Shown: in pieces, positions 24,620 to 37,435 of the stretch
How positions within the stretch are numbered: position 1 is the stretch's first letter
How the letters are laid out: every line of letters starts with the position of its first letter
Source of the DNA: Camelus dromedarius
Lineage: Eukaryota
Direction: 5' to 3'
NCBI RefSeq assembly: GCF_036321535.1
Contig: NC_087438.1
Coordinates: 932,001-996,000 of the forward strand
DNA: 64,000 nucleotides
Notes under the pieces: model-generated
Told to the model about the DNA's origin: nothing
Seen by the model: only the letters and a program-made list of their open reading frames with translations
The model's database searches: none
Made by a program: the position numbers and the translations under genes

Positions 24620-25560
24620 CGACCCATCGTGACGCCAGCACCACGCTGAATTAGCCGCTGGAGCTGTGTGGTGAGCCTCCCGGGCAGGCGGGTCAGGACC
24701 CCAGCTTCGTTCACCTGTTTTTATTGTTGTTGTTCATCTTCTTTGAGATGGTCTTGGTTTCCTAGGCTCTCCGCATTTCCACACAAATTATCGAATCAAT
24801 TTGTCAGTGTCTACCAAAGAACTTGCAGGGATTTTGATTGAAATTCCATTAAATCTATAGAGAACTTTAGGGCAAATTGACATCTTAACATTAAAAAAAG
24901 TTTCCCATCCATGAACTTGTTATATTGTTCCATTTATTTAGGTTTTTTTAACGTCCCTCAGCAATGTTTTGTTATTTTACATGTATAGGTTTTGCACATA
25001 TGCCGTATATTTCGATGTTATTGGTATTTAAAAAATTCTATTTACCAATTGCTTTGTTGGTAGCATATGGAAATACTGCTAAGAGATTTTTATATACTGG
25101 CCTTGTGTCGAGTGCCTTTGCAAATGTATTTAATCCTAATATTTTGTAGACTATTTTAGCTTTGTGCGTACATGAACATGTGTGAACAGTGGCAATTTCG
25201 CTCCTTACGGCTTCACGTTTATATATGCATTTATTTACGTTTGAGCTTGTCTTACTGTCCTGGATGGGACTCACAGAGCAATTGTTAATGGACGTGGTAA
25301 GAGTGGACGTCCTTGTCTGTTCCTGACCTCAGGGGGCAAGTGTTCGATATTTCACCATTAAGCTTGACGTTCGCTGCCGTGGGGCGTGTGTGTGTGTGTG
25401 TGTGTGTGTGAGGTTCTCTTTAGTCAATGAAGGCCCTCTATTCCTAGTTTGCTGAGGGTGTGAGACATGAACTGGTATTGAGTTTTATCTTCTGCGTCTA
25501 TTGACAGGATCGTATGATATCTTCCCTTTATTTTGTTAATGTAATCTTTGCTTATATTCC
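24620..25560 (-). mobile_element. Ancient L1 ORF2 fragment containing (GT)n at about 25386-25410
   Basis: GGGATTTTGATTGAAATT..ATTAAATCTATAGA, AATTGACATCTTAACA, CCATTTATTTAGGT, CCTTGTCTGTTCCTGACCTCAGGGG and CTATTCCTAGTTTGCTGAG are antisense L1 ORF2 hallmarks. Confidence 0.88.
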
Positions 25561-25564
25561 TAAC

Positions 25565-26683
25565 GTTTCATTATAAAAATTTTCAAACGTAAAACACGGC
25601 AGGACGTACAGGGACGCCCACTGCCCGGGTGCTTCTTCCCCATCTGCTGTGCCGCATGTGTCTTTCTCTCTCCATCCGGTCTGTTTGTTGTAAATTCTGA
25701 CGTCTTTCTAACTTGCTGTCAGTAGACCTGATTCTTAAACATCGCCGCGTGCGCCTCCCTGAGGAGAACTGAACACGTCTGTGTGCTAGTTTTGTCTTGC
25801 GTTCTAACGCACACATCTTGAGTGCACCGCGTGGTAAGTTTTGCCAAATGTGTGTATCTGTGCGACACAACCCTCTGTCAAGACGCAGAGCACTGTCACT
25901 GCCACGGAAACTGTCTCGCAGCCCCTTCCAGCCAGTCCCCGCCCCGCTCGCCGCCCCCGGGTGACAGCGTTCAGATTTGGCTTCCCCAGGGAACAGCTTA
26001 GCTTGCTCTGAGGTTGTACTTGACGGCCCCGCGCGGCACGCACTTCTGGGGTCTGGCTGCTCTCACTTGAGGCGATGTTTGTGAGATTTAGTTGTGTAGT
26101 TGTGTGCGTTGGTGACTCATTCCTTTGTGTTGCTGAGTTGAACTCCTTGTTCAGATATATTAACTTTTTTATCCATTCTCCCGTTGATGGACCCCAAGGT
26201 TGTTCCCAGCTTCTCACGGCGATAAGCCGCCGTGAGCACTCCTGCGCATGCCGTCCCGTGGCTGCACTCTCGCTGTTCTTTGGTGGGTTCTTGGGAGTGG
26301 ATTCCTGGGCCGTAGGGTCGTTGGATGTTTATTTTTATAAGACATTTCCAGGACGGTTGTATCACTTCACATTCCTGCCAGCCCCCTTTGCCCCCTGGTC
26401 CCCGTGAACACTGGGTATTACCAATAATTTTAGTGTCAGCCACTCTGACGGGGGCTAGCGTGTCTCTGATGAGAAATGATGCTGAGAATTATTGATGTGC
26501 TGGTTACCCATTTATATGTTCTTCACATACACAAATATATGTACCATCGTTTGCCTACTTTTTTTTTTTACTGTGGTCTTCGTTTACATTATTAAGTTGC
26601 CAAAGAAGTTCACTATATACTCTAAATATAAACTCCAAATATATATTTTGGGAATGTTGCCTCCCAAAATATGGTCTGACTAT
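25565..26683 (-). mobile_element. L1MD/L1ME-type 3' ends (nested)
   Basis: AAAATTTTCAAAC..., ATGTTTGTGAGATTT, TGCTGAGT..TCC, ATCCATTCTCCCGTTGATGGAC and AATGATGCTGAG are antisense L1 3' features. Confidence 0.8.
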
Positions 26684-26756
26684 TCAGTTGAAAATTTACT
26701 GTACACCAGAAGTTGACACAACGTTGTGAGCTGATTGCACTTCAATAAAAAAGAAA
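26684..26756 (+). mobile_element. Short younger L1 3' tip inserted in opposite orientation into the old L1
   Basis: CTGTACACCAGAAGTTGACACAACGTTGTGAGCTGATTGCACTTCAATAAAAAA is similar to the terminus at 55050-55105. Confidence 0.8.
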
Positions 26757-29700
26757 GTTTAAACTTTGGTGAAGTCTGGTTATCAAGTTAGTGGCTGTTG
26801 CCTCCCGTCTTTGTCTCAGGAGACGTGGCCCATCCGGGCTGCGACGCTCTCCTTCTGTGCCTTCTTCCGCAAGTCCGTGGCTCTCGTGTTCACACTTGGG
26901 TCTGAGCTGAGTTAACTTCTGTGTTTGCTGTGCAGTTGGGCTGGGGCTCGCTGTGTCCGTGTGGGTATCCAGCTGTCCCGGAGCCCTGTGTTCAGAGCCC
27001 TGTTTCCCAGGCCGGCGCTTCGGTCTTTGTCGGCCTCCAGCGCCCCCGGCAGCAGGGACTGTGTCCGCGTCGGGGTGTTGGCCGCCCTGCCCAGCTCTGC
27101 GCTCCCCTGTTACCGCAGCTCTCATGGGCCTGGGAGTCGGCAGGGTTTCCCCCAACTCAGGCGTCTTTTCCATCACTTTGGCTATTCTAGGTCCTTTTCT
27201 TTCTTAAATATAAATTTTTAATTAGCCTGCCAGTTTCTACAATAAAAACCTCTGCTGGCATTTTCAAAGGGTTGTATTTAAAAAACAGACATATCCGGGG
27301 AGAACAGACAGCTTAATTGTGCTGAATTTTCCAGTCCAGAACATGCCGTATCTCTCCATTTATTTAAATCTTCTCGAATTTGTCTCAGAAATGTTTTGTA
27401 GTTTTCTCTGTGGAAGTGCACATTAAAAAACCACATATCCTTAGTACTTTGTGGGTTTTGATGCTATTGTAAATGAAAGATCTTAAGTTTTATTTTGCAG
27501 TCGTTTGCTGCTGGCACATGAACGTACAGCTGATTTTTGTTTACTCACCTCAAGTCCGACGCGTGTGGCGAGCCCACCTGTAACGTCTAATGGTTGTCTG
27601 AAGACCAGGCCAGCGCTGCCAGGAAACGGCGAAGTGAGCAGCCGTGTCTCGCTTCTCAACTTAGCGGGAGAGTTCTGCCAGATGCCTTGTATTTCACTGC
27701 TGAAACGATGGTGAGGTGTTTCTCGTCCAGTGGGTTAACACAGTGAACTAGGCCGGCTGGCGTTGAGCTGGTCTGGCGTTTCTGGCGTTTCTGGCGTTTC
27801 TGGCGCCAGGCCTCTTGGCCACGACGCGTCACAGCGGGCGCTGCAGGGAAGGAGGCCCGGCTCTCCGCGCCGAGTGCGTCTCTGGGCTGGACTCGTCAGC
27901 GCCGTGCTCCTGAGGGAAACGGCCGCGGCTTTCCGCTCTTGGAATGCCGTCCGCTGATGGCGCTAGTGTCGGCCTGACTCCGTGCAGTCAGCTGGAAGGG
28001 CTTCCCTCCCCTCCGTCCTCTGAAGGAGCTTCTATGCCGTCGTCGCTCTTTCTTTCTTGTCTGGGACAACTTGCCAGGAAAGAGTCTGGATCTGGAGCCT
28101 TTTATTAAAAAATTAGTATCATCAACCGACGTCACTCTGTTTGCATCTTCTGTCTTTTGCGTTCTGGGAGGCGGTTTTAGGCAATCCGCTTCCTCCTTCC
28201 GAGCCGCGCAGTTAGTGGCGCGCGTTCGTGCGGGGTGTCTTTTTACTAAGGTGTGCTGGGTCTGCAGCAACGTGCCTTTTTTCCCCTTTCGGGCTTTGAA
28301 ATTTGTGATTTCTGTTTTCTTGTCCATTCTTGATGAGTTTTACCAATTTTACGAGTCTTCTCACAGGACCAGTTGTTAAACGTCCTCTCCCCTGTCGCAC
28401 GTCTGCTGTGTGGCTGAACTGCGCTGCGGACTTCATTACTGGCTTCCTTCTGTTACCGCTAGGCTTTGCTTGCAGGTGTGCCTCCGTAGTGCTATTAGGG
28501 AGAAGCTTAGATAATTGGCTCCTATTCTTTCCTATTTTAAATACAAGCTTTGAAACTGTAAATGCACCTTTCACATAGAGCTTTCGCTGCGTCTCGCCGG
28601 TGCCAACACGCCTCATTTCAATTAGCTTTCAACTGACAACATGTTGCAGTTTTCACTGTGATTTCTTCTTTGAGTCGCGTGTTTCGGCTACTGATTCCTG
28701 GGTTCCTTACACCAAGCAGAGAACATAGTCTGTGAGAATTTGATTCTTAGACATAGCTTGGACTTACTTCCTGGCCAGAGTGGTCAGTCTAAACAAATGT
28801 CCCATTTATACCTTTAAAAAATGTATGTTCCGCAGTAGCTGATGGAATGATCGACATACGTCCACTCTTTCGTTACCTAGTTGTGTGATGATAATCTGTG
28901 TTTTTACTGATTTTTGGTCTTTTTTTCAATCAGTTATTGAGACATATGTCTTTAAAATCTTCAGCTATATTGGCCTATTTATTTAATTCTGTACTTTTTC
29001 TATTTTCCAGTTGTGTGTACAAATGTAGGTTTTTAATATCCTTCTGTTCTATGACTCATTTATTGTCATGAAATATCCCCATGATGTTCACCTCGGGTTA
29101 TGCCTTTTCTTGTAGTAACGTCGCATGACCTTTCCTGTGTGATCTCTGCTCTCCCCTTGTCTAGGGCTTGCTTGTTCCCCGTACTTTGCCTCAGCCTCGG
29201 TCGCTGTGCTTCACGTATGTCTCTTGTAAGCAGCATATAGTCGGAATGTTTTTTCTTTTAAAGAAACCAGTCTGACAGGCTTTCTCATAATTAAGGTGCT
29301 TAGTCCATTAACATTTAATTTCCTACACTCGTGGTTGGATGGCCAGTCTAACGTCTTGTCGTTTGCTTTCTGCTCATTCTGTCTGCCCTTTGTTCTTGTG
29401 TTCCTCCTTTCTTTTTCTAGATCAACCAAGTGTTTTTGTTGCTTCATTTTCCCCTCCTCTACTGGTATTATGGTGACATGCTTCTCACCTCCCCGTAGTT
29501 TACAAAGCACGCATATTTAATTTATAAAAATCTTAAATTAGTACTTCACCCCTTCCTGAGCAAACAGTGAACCTGCAGAAGTTTTTTTGTCATGTCCCCA
29601 CTCTCGCTTTCTGTGCCATTGGCGTTATGTTTTGCTTCTACCTTTGTTAGGAGCACTGCAAGATGTCTTCATGGTCGTTGCTGTAAGCAATGAACTCTCT

Positions 29701-30680
29701 CCAACCTGCTCTGAAGTTGGCCCTTCCTGGTGCTCCTCATAGCCTCGCGCGTTTGCATGCTTTCTTTCCTTTCCTTCAGGCAAAGTTTTGTTTTTTATAC
29801 CTTATAATGCAAATTTATACAATTTTGGGGTGCAAACATCTTTATGTTGCCTCCAGCATTTAAAGAATACTTTGCTGGGTGTGGACGTCTAGGCTGGCCG
29901 TCTTTTCCTTTCCTTCCAGCACAAAAAGGCAGCTTTCCAGTGTCCTGTGACTCCCGTGGTTTCTGTCGAAAAGTCACTCATCGGTCTTACTGTTTTTCCT
30001 CTTTGAAAGCACTGCCGTTTTCCCTCTGGCTAAGTTTTAGGTTTTTTTCTTTGTAGCTGGTTTTCAACAGTTTGACTATAAAGTGTCCAGGCATTTTTTA
30101 AACAAAGTGTTTGTGTTTATGGAGCTTCTTGTGTCTTCGTGTTGACACCTTTCCTCTTGAAAACCCTGGTACCTTTGTACACAGTCCTGCTCCCTCGCTT
30201 TTTCCTTGTGGGATGGGATTATTTGACAATTAGTCCTTTTTTCTTCATAAGCTCTATGTATCCTTTTTAGTCTATTTTGTTCTTTTCATTCTTTCTGGGT
30301 TTCTGTTCAGTATTATTATTAACCTGTTTTTCCATTGTTTAATCCTGTTTTCAGTTATGCTCAATCTATTAGCAATCCCTCTTGATGGAATGGTAAATTC
30401 ACATACTATATTTTTCAGCTGTAGAATGCCAGTGAAATTCTTCTGCGTGATTCCTATTCTCTATTGGGTTTTCTTATCTTTAATCTATTTTATCTCTTGC
30501 CTATTTTAAAATTATATTTATGAGTTATTTTAAAGTCCTTGTTTGGTAACTCCCAAATCTGATTTATCTGTGAATATGGTTGTAATTTCTGTTATCTTTC
30601 TATTAACTATTATCAAGTTTTCCCTCTTTATGTTTCTCATAGCATTTAATGGTATGTTGGACAGTGTGATCAAAAGAACC
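26757..30680 (-). mobile_element. Long decayed L1M (ORF2 through ORF1), antisense
   Basis: TTGGCTATTCTAGGTCCTTT, TCTCTCCATTTATTTAAATCTTC, GTCTCTTGTAAGCAGCATATAGT, TTAGTCCATTAACATTTAAT and TTTTCAACAGTTTGACTAT are collinear antisense L1 hallmarks. Confidence 0.85.
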
Positions 30681-31899
30681 AGGAGTCAAAGGTGATGTCA
30701 CTTCACCTGGAGGTGTTTCGTCTGCTCTTCTCTTAGGAAGACAGGGCAAGGGCAGGTCACGTCCACCAGCTGGGGATTACTCTGGATTGGGGTTGGGGGG
30801 TCATTGGAGCTAGACTCAGTTCACCCTGAGTCGTTCGTCTTCTTAGGGTTTCAAAACCTGGCCAACTTCTTGATGGGAGAGCCACCATGCTTGCTGCAGG
30901 CCCCTCACTTCAGTGGGACTTCATCTCTCAAGTACTGAGAGTACAGGAACTTCATTTTGCCTCTGGCCCAGCGCCGAAGCTCCAGCTCGTCTGGCTCTCG
31001 CCGCTCCCACTGCTCTCTAAGGTCTTCAAAGCTGTGATGTTTTCATTTTGCCCAGCTTTCCCTAGACTTCACAGCTGTGCATGCCCTGCTGATACCTGCT
31101 ACATTTCACTTGGAAGTTAAAGTCCCAATAATGTTTTTCTTTAAATGCACATTATTATCTACATTGACTTCCACTGATGAAGGAAGTTATTTAAAGCCAG
31201 TTAATGGAACAATTTAATCCATAAAACCCTCATGTTCATGGGGGGCCCTGGAATTCGAGGGAGGCTGCACAGGAAAGACATGATGTAGGGGACACAGGAT
31301 GTCCCAGTGAAGTCTCCTCTGCCTCCTCCAGGCACTTTGATGTGTCCCACCACCGACTGTGTTCCAGGCTCCCTTCTGCTATGTCTAGCTGTGGGTGGGG
31401 AGAAAGCGTGAGGAGACAGATCGCAGGAAACGCTGAATGGGGAACGATGAGGAAATTCATTAGTGGGAGGAAAAGGAAAGATGTTGGACGGCCTATTCTG
31501 AGTACTTTCGCCTCCAGAACCAGACTCAGAATAACATCCCCCAGAGAGAATTCAGGAAGCCCCTCTGGCCCCTCAGCCCGTCTGAGGCTGCAGAGCCTCC
31601 CCACTGTGGTCGGGACCCTAGGCTCTGCCCTCTGCTCCCAGACTTGGCTGCCCTTCCTGTGCACCCAGTCTTGCCCCAGAAAGGGGACCAGGCACTGATC
31701 TACACACAGTTAGCTCGTGATCCTTCAGGAGGTGGAAAGACAAGATTCTTGCAAACACCGTGAGTGTCTGCTGGCTGAGCTGATGCAGAGTGGGAGGGCC
31801 CCGCCTGGCACTTGTTAACTGACTGCGGCCTGGGAGAGACAAAGGGAAAGCTCAGCTTGGAGGCATCTGTTTGCTTGTGAACTGTGACAGAGACACGGA

Positions 31900-32280
31900 G
31901 AAGCCTTTCCCTGTATCATCAGCCCAGGGAGAGCCATTTGGAGGATGGGAGTGCTAGCCATCAATCTCCCTGGGCACGCGGTGTCTCTGTTTAATAGCTG
32001 ATAGGGCGTCTCCAAAGGGCTTTTCTTGCTCTTTGTTCAAAATGACATATAATGGGCCTGGACTTATCAGTGTTTCTGAATGCATTTTCGGTGCTCCGTC
32101 CCCACTGGGGGATTTGGTCCATTCTAATGGATATGTGCAGGATTGATTTTGGGCTTGGTATAATTTAATCCATCAATTCAACATTAAGTGAATATGCAAA
32201 GGAGTTTCTTTGCAGATGAAAAACAGAAGAGGGACATTCTTATTAATTTGAAGTGGACTTGAGAAACGGAAGTCACCTGC
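31900..32280. promoter_or_regulatory. Candidate conserved non-coding element/enhancer
   Basis: Non-repeat segment with CCATCAAT twice, TGATAG, CTTATC, CTTTGTT, GATTGAT, TATAATTTAATCC, ATGCAAA and TTATTAATT. Confidence 0.5.
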
Positions 32281-35043
32281 TGCTGTTAGTGTCTGCTGTA
32301 GAGTCCGGTGACTGGGCCATTAGGGGGCTATGTGGGTCCTGAGCAGCTAAGACCAGTCCCCAGCCATTCAGGGGTTCTGGAAGCCCAGCGCTCATGGGAA
32401 TGGAGGACTGTGGCCCTGCTGAGGGCTTCGCTGGGTGAGGAGAGCTGGCATTGTGGCTCTGAGCTCTGAGTGAGAGGCCAGGACCCAGAGTGCTGGTGCA
32501 TTATTTGAAATCACATCAAAAGCCCAGGATTGGGCAACAGAGTTAACTGATTTCAGATTTCTCTGGTCCCAGACGTGTGACCAGAATGAAACATTGAACA
32601 AAACGGTGGGGGGGGGAGGGGGAACAAAGGTCCTCTCAAGCTCACACGGCAGCTGGGGAAACACAGAGCCCTTAGCCCCACGGTGACGTCTGGAGGCGCA
32701 GCCAAGTCTGCAGCCTCGAGCCTGCGTGGTGCTTGGGGACCTGGCCCTGGCCCTTTACAAGGTGGTCAAGAGCGAGGCAGCCCAATTTAGGTGGTTGCCG
32801 GAGCTGGGTCATGCTGAGCCCCAGTGACGCTCTGACTCGCCCCAGCTGGGGCAGCAGGGCTCCCCTCTTCTGCAGCCTTTACTTTTTGAGTGCCAGACCC
32901 CTTGATTGCCCCCACCTTCTCGCCGTGAGTTCAGGAACCAGATGCCAGTGGTTTTGTTCACTGGAGGCTGGCAAGTGTCCCACCGAGAGCTTCCATCTGG
33001 GCCTCATTCTGTTTCATCATGAGCACCTTGGAGATCTCCCTTCCAGGCTGCTCCCTGCAGGCCTGTGGATTGGGGCAGAAGCCAATCCAGGGCCTTGGTC
33101 AGCTCTGTCTAACGACAGCCAACTGTGCATGGACTGGGCCCTGTGATGGTGAGCAGGATGGAGTCAAACCCCACGGTGCCATGGACCACTACTGCTATAA
33201 ACCTGTAGGTTTAAATACAACTTTAAATACATGAAAGTCTTCTCAGATGTGCGAGCTAATAGAAAGCAGATGCAAACCCTGTTTCCACTGCAGCCAGCCT
33301 GATCGCTATCTGACAACTTTCTTCACTGTAGAACCCAGAGCAAATTAGACGTCTGATTCTTCTTTACCTTCAAGTATAATGTAGCTCACCCTTCGAGAAA
33401 GTGGGGATTTAGGGCAAAAGTATGGTTTTTACTACTGGAGACTGTTTGAAGGATGGAAGGAGAATGTTGGTGGACAGGTGACCTCCTCACAGACCAAGCA
33501 GTCACTTTCTAATGACACTTCCATAATACCTACATGATAACTAAGGATGCACCTTGAAGGTATCAGGGTTTATAACTGCCCCCTCCCCAAAACTACTGCT
33601 GTGTAGCCGTCAGGAGGGTCACTGTTTCCATCAGAAAGCCTCACTTCCCATGGCTGCTAGCAGAACTGACCAGAATTTGCTTCCCCTTTGAAACAGCCCT
33701 ACCATGGGCCCCAATTTATCTTCTCTGCCCTGTCTCATCACACCTGGGATATGCTCCCTCTGGTCCTCCTGGCACAAGGAGGCTGCCGCAGCCACCTGGA
33801 GCAGCAATGGCCCAGCGCGTGCAGCCTCTGTCTCCTTGGGGGTCTGCTGGGGCCCCCAGGTGCAGCCGGGTCTCTGAGCTCTGTGAGCCCCCAGAAATGC
33901 TTTCTCCTCAGTTGTTCACTCTGGTGGTGTCCCTGACCTAGCACAGCTCTGTGTCAGGTGTCTGGACTCATCCTGGCTCTAGGGTTTTGTGTGGACAGGT
34001 GGACAGATGTAGGCTGTGCAGATGACTCAGGGCTCTCCCCATTCGAGCTGTCGCCTCAGGCCAGGCTGCCACAGGGGTCAGGGAGCCCTCAAGTGCTGTG
34101 TCCAGAAACAATGACTCTAACAGGCAAAAGCACCGTGAACAGTGGGGAACTCTGACCTTCGTGGGTGCAGGGGTGCCCACATGTGTGGGTGTGTCTGCCT
34201 GGCCTGAGTGTGCTGGCAGGGACAGTGTGAGCTGGGCCTGCCACCCACCCCACGATTCAGCACCCGGGACAGCTCCCTGTACTCCAGTGATGACGCCAAC
34301 CTTTCAGAACCCTGGCCCATTCCCTCAGTTGAGATGACCCAAATCTTTGGAAACCTAGGCCTCATTGCTTCCTACAAAATAAGTGAACTTTGGCCGTGAC
34401 CAGCTGACCCCATGGACACTTGGAAGAAACGATGTCTGACATTATCATCATCAGAGAGCAGGTGTGACCTTTTGTGCTGGGTGCAGCTTGGAAAGGAAGG
34501 CTGGGGGTGCTCTCTCATGTCCGTGGTCCCCCATGACCTGGCTGTCACTGGGGAGGGATCAGGCAGGGAAGCCTCCCCAGCCTCATCTACTCTGCAGAAC
34601 TGGGTCCCTGAGGGCCCTGCCCATCATGTTCCTACCAGCCAACAGCCCTTCTGGGACCAGGTGCTGCCCCTCTAGGCCCCTCCCCAGTGGCTGCCGGCCT
34701 CACTTGGCAGGATCAAGACAATGGACTCTTCAGCTGGGAACAAGAAAGCTGAGAACAGCCCAATTTACACCACAGAATCTCCTTGAGGCTCAGAAACTGG
34801 CACTGGATTTCTCTGGAAATGGGGTTGAAAGGCCTTGAGATTCAAGGATGAGGATGGAGACCGTCTTGAGGATCAGATCCTCACACTCTGCTCCACTGGT
34901 GATGCCCACCCGCCCTGAGACCTTGCCCCCTGTCTGTAGCAGGTAAGCATGGCCTGGGGCTGGGGGATGGAGCTGCTTGGTGTACTCGCCCAGCCCTGCG
35001 GGACAGGCTTGCCCTGGGCCTGAAGGCACTGCTGAGGGGTGGG

Positions 35044-35500
35044 GTGTTAGCTTCCTGAGGCTTCCTACAGGCCGAGTGGTTTAAAACAAAGGGAATATAT
35101 TCCTTCATTGTTCTGGAGGTCAGAGGTCTGAAACTATGGTGTCGGCAGGACTGTGTCCCCAGGGGCTCTGGGGGAGGACTGTCCTTGGCTTCTTCCAGCT
35201 CCTGTGGCTCCTGGCATTCCTTGGGGTCCTTGACTCATGGCCAGTCTCTCTTCACTCCATTGTCACTGTGTCACATCCTCTGTCTTGGTGTTTATCTTTA
35301 TTGGCCTTTCTCTTACAAGGATCTGTGTAATAGCATTTAGGGCCTGCCCAAAGAACCCAGGATAATGGCTTCATTTTGAGATTTTAAACTCAATTACATC
35401 TAAAAGGCCCCTTTTCTAAATAAAGTAATATCCACAGTTTCTGGAGATTAGGGTGCAGACATATATTGAGGGGAACTGGGGGCCTGTTCAGCCCTCTACA
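35044..35500 (-). mobile_element. MLT1C/D-type MaLR solo LTR
   Basis: GTGGTTTAAAACAA, TTCTGGAGGTCAGAGGTCTGAAA, GGTGTCGGCAGG, CTTCCAGCTCCTG, ATTTAGGGCC, CCAGGATAAT, AATTACATCT, AAATAAAGTAA and terminal TTCAGCCCTCTACA. Confidence 0.88.
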
Positions 35501-35639
35501 GATGGAAACATTATTCTCTGGAGAATCTCACCAGCCCAGGAGAAGAGTCCTGAAGACACTAACATCCAGTGTTCCCAACAGACAGACCACTCATCTGCTA
35601 AGGGCTTCCACTCATATGTTTAGTCCTCAGTCTTAATGA

Positions 35640-36730
35640 GGAGCATATTTTATCAAAAATCTGAGAGAAAAACAAAAGAAACAAACATGAAAGAACAATA
35701 TGGAGAAAGAGAACATTTGAGGGGAAGAAATCTCTGAAAGAACTCTGTCATTAATATTCTCAGCAAGTTAAGGAAAGATATTGTACTCCTGAAATAAGAA
35801 TGCTACAAAAAGGAATGTTCAGCAAGAAAAATTGGAAAAAAACTCAAAATAGCAGAAATTTTAAAAAGAATTAAATGATTAGAGGATAAAGTTGAGGAAT
35901 CTCACATAAAATAAAGCAGAAAAAGGACAAGATGATAGAAAATGGACCAACATTTAAATAATGGGAGTTCCAAAAAGGAAAAAAAAAATACTAGAGAGAA
36001 AGGAAAAGAGGGGATGAAATCATCAATGAAATAATTCAAGAAAATTTCCTAGAATATTTGGTGTCTCAGAACAATGGGTGAAATAGATTTGGATCAAGGC
36101 GCATCATCATAAATTTCAGAACCCTCGGAGCAAAGAGGATCTTCTGTAAAAGAAAGACTAAGAATCAGAATGGTTTCAGAACCTTTTCATTGCAACACCA
36201 GACACAAAAAGAATTGGAGAAGGACCATGTCCCAGTAAAATGGAAAACTGGATGACAAAGTTGCTTCACAAAGCAATTTTCCAGACTAGATCTTGATATT
36301 AGGAAAACAAGACCCCCCTGGAATTTGAAACCAGAGGCTGATACTCATGGGAGTTTGTGACTGGAATTCTCATACCTGTGTGTTCTAAAAACTGCAAGCG
36401 AGAGACTTAAAGTGGTCATGGGTTGTCAGCACACCAGGAGGCTGGTGGAAACAAAGAAGCATACTTTCTACAGGAATACACCTTCAGCTCAGTCTCAAAG
36501 AACTTCACAGAAGAAGTCCTATCTACATCATCAAGTTATAGTAAAAAGAAATTGGAAAGCACATAATAAAATGAGCATCATGACCGAGGAACAGCAGAAC
36601 GAGGTAAGCAGACAGTTTAGATATTGAAGTTATCAGATAGAATATATTGATTTACTGTGTTTAAGCAGATAAAAGAGGATTTGAAAATCTGAAAAGCAAC
36701 AAACAAGTATAAGAACAATTTAAAAAATAG
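35640..36730 (+). mobile_element. Ancient L1/HAL1 ORF1-region fragments
   Basis: A-rich, with GATAAAGTTGAGGAA, TAATGGGAGTTCCA, ATAATTCAAGAAAATTTCCTAGAA, AATTTCAGAAC, GAATCAGAATGG and GATATTGAAGTTATCAGA. Confidence 0.7.
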
Positions 36731-36734
36731 AGAC

Positions 36735-37350
36735 TACAAATTCTGGCCAAAACAGAATAACAAGAATTAGATTTATCCTCCTAATCAAAATAACAATAAC
36801 AACAACAACAACAACAACAAAAAACCCTGAAAACATTTGAAACAATGGTTTACAAGACACTAGACATCAGCTAGCAAAGTTCAGAGGTCCATGAGCAACA
36901 AGAAGCAAATGAGTTAAGTCCTAAAATTCCTCCAACTCGCATCCTGGAAACAGTTTCCCAGCAGTGACGTGAGGTGGAGGACCACAGGCATAGCCTGGTA
37001 GGTGAGCACAGAGGAGACAGAGCTAAGAGTTTGTGGAGATGAAAGCACTGACATCTGCAGGATAGAGAAGTGGAGAAAGAGAGATGAGGAGAGGGAGCTC
37101 TTGAGATATGCAGGAGGTCTCTGCTGGCTACCCAGCACAGCACTGAGCAGAGCACTGAGGGGAGAAAACTGCAGGAGGCCCTTGATTGAAGGCTGCTCAT
37201 GTCCTGCCTAACACACATTAAAGCAAAATCCCCAAAGTTCAATCTGTGCCAGAGGAACTCAACTTTGTCCTTGAGCGAAGCTCAAGAATATTTATAGAAA
37301 TACAAAAATTTCTATCACCCAATGAAATAAAATTCTCAATATCTGCCATC
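36735..37350 (+). mobile_element. L1M 5'-end fragment with (AAC)n at about 36790-36820
   Basis: TTCTGGCCAAAA...AACAATGGTTTACAAGACACTAGACATCAG and AAAATTCTCAATATCTG resemble old L1M 5' ends. Confidence 0.55.
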
Positions 37351-37351
37351 T

Positions 37352-37398
37352 TATTACAGATTGAATTGTGTCCCCAAAATTGATATGTTGAAGCTCTA
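37352..37398 (+). mobile_element. MLT1A/B LTR, first approximately 45 bp
   Basis: TTACAGATTGAATTGTGTCCCCAAAATTGATATGTTGAAGCTCTA matches the MLT1 5' terminus. Confidence 0.75.
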
Positions 37399-37435
37399 TG
37401 GTTTCCTTTATTCTGCTGCTGCTTTCTTTTCTTCT

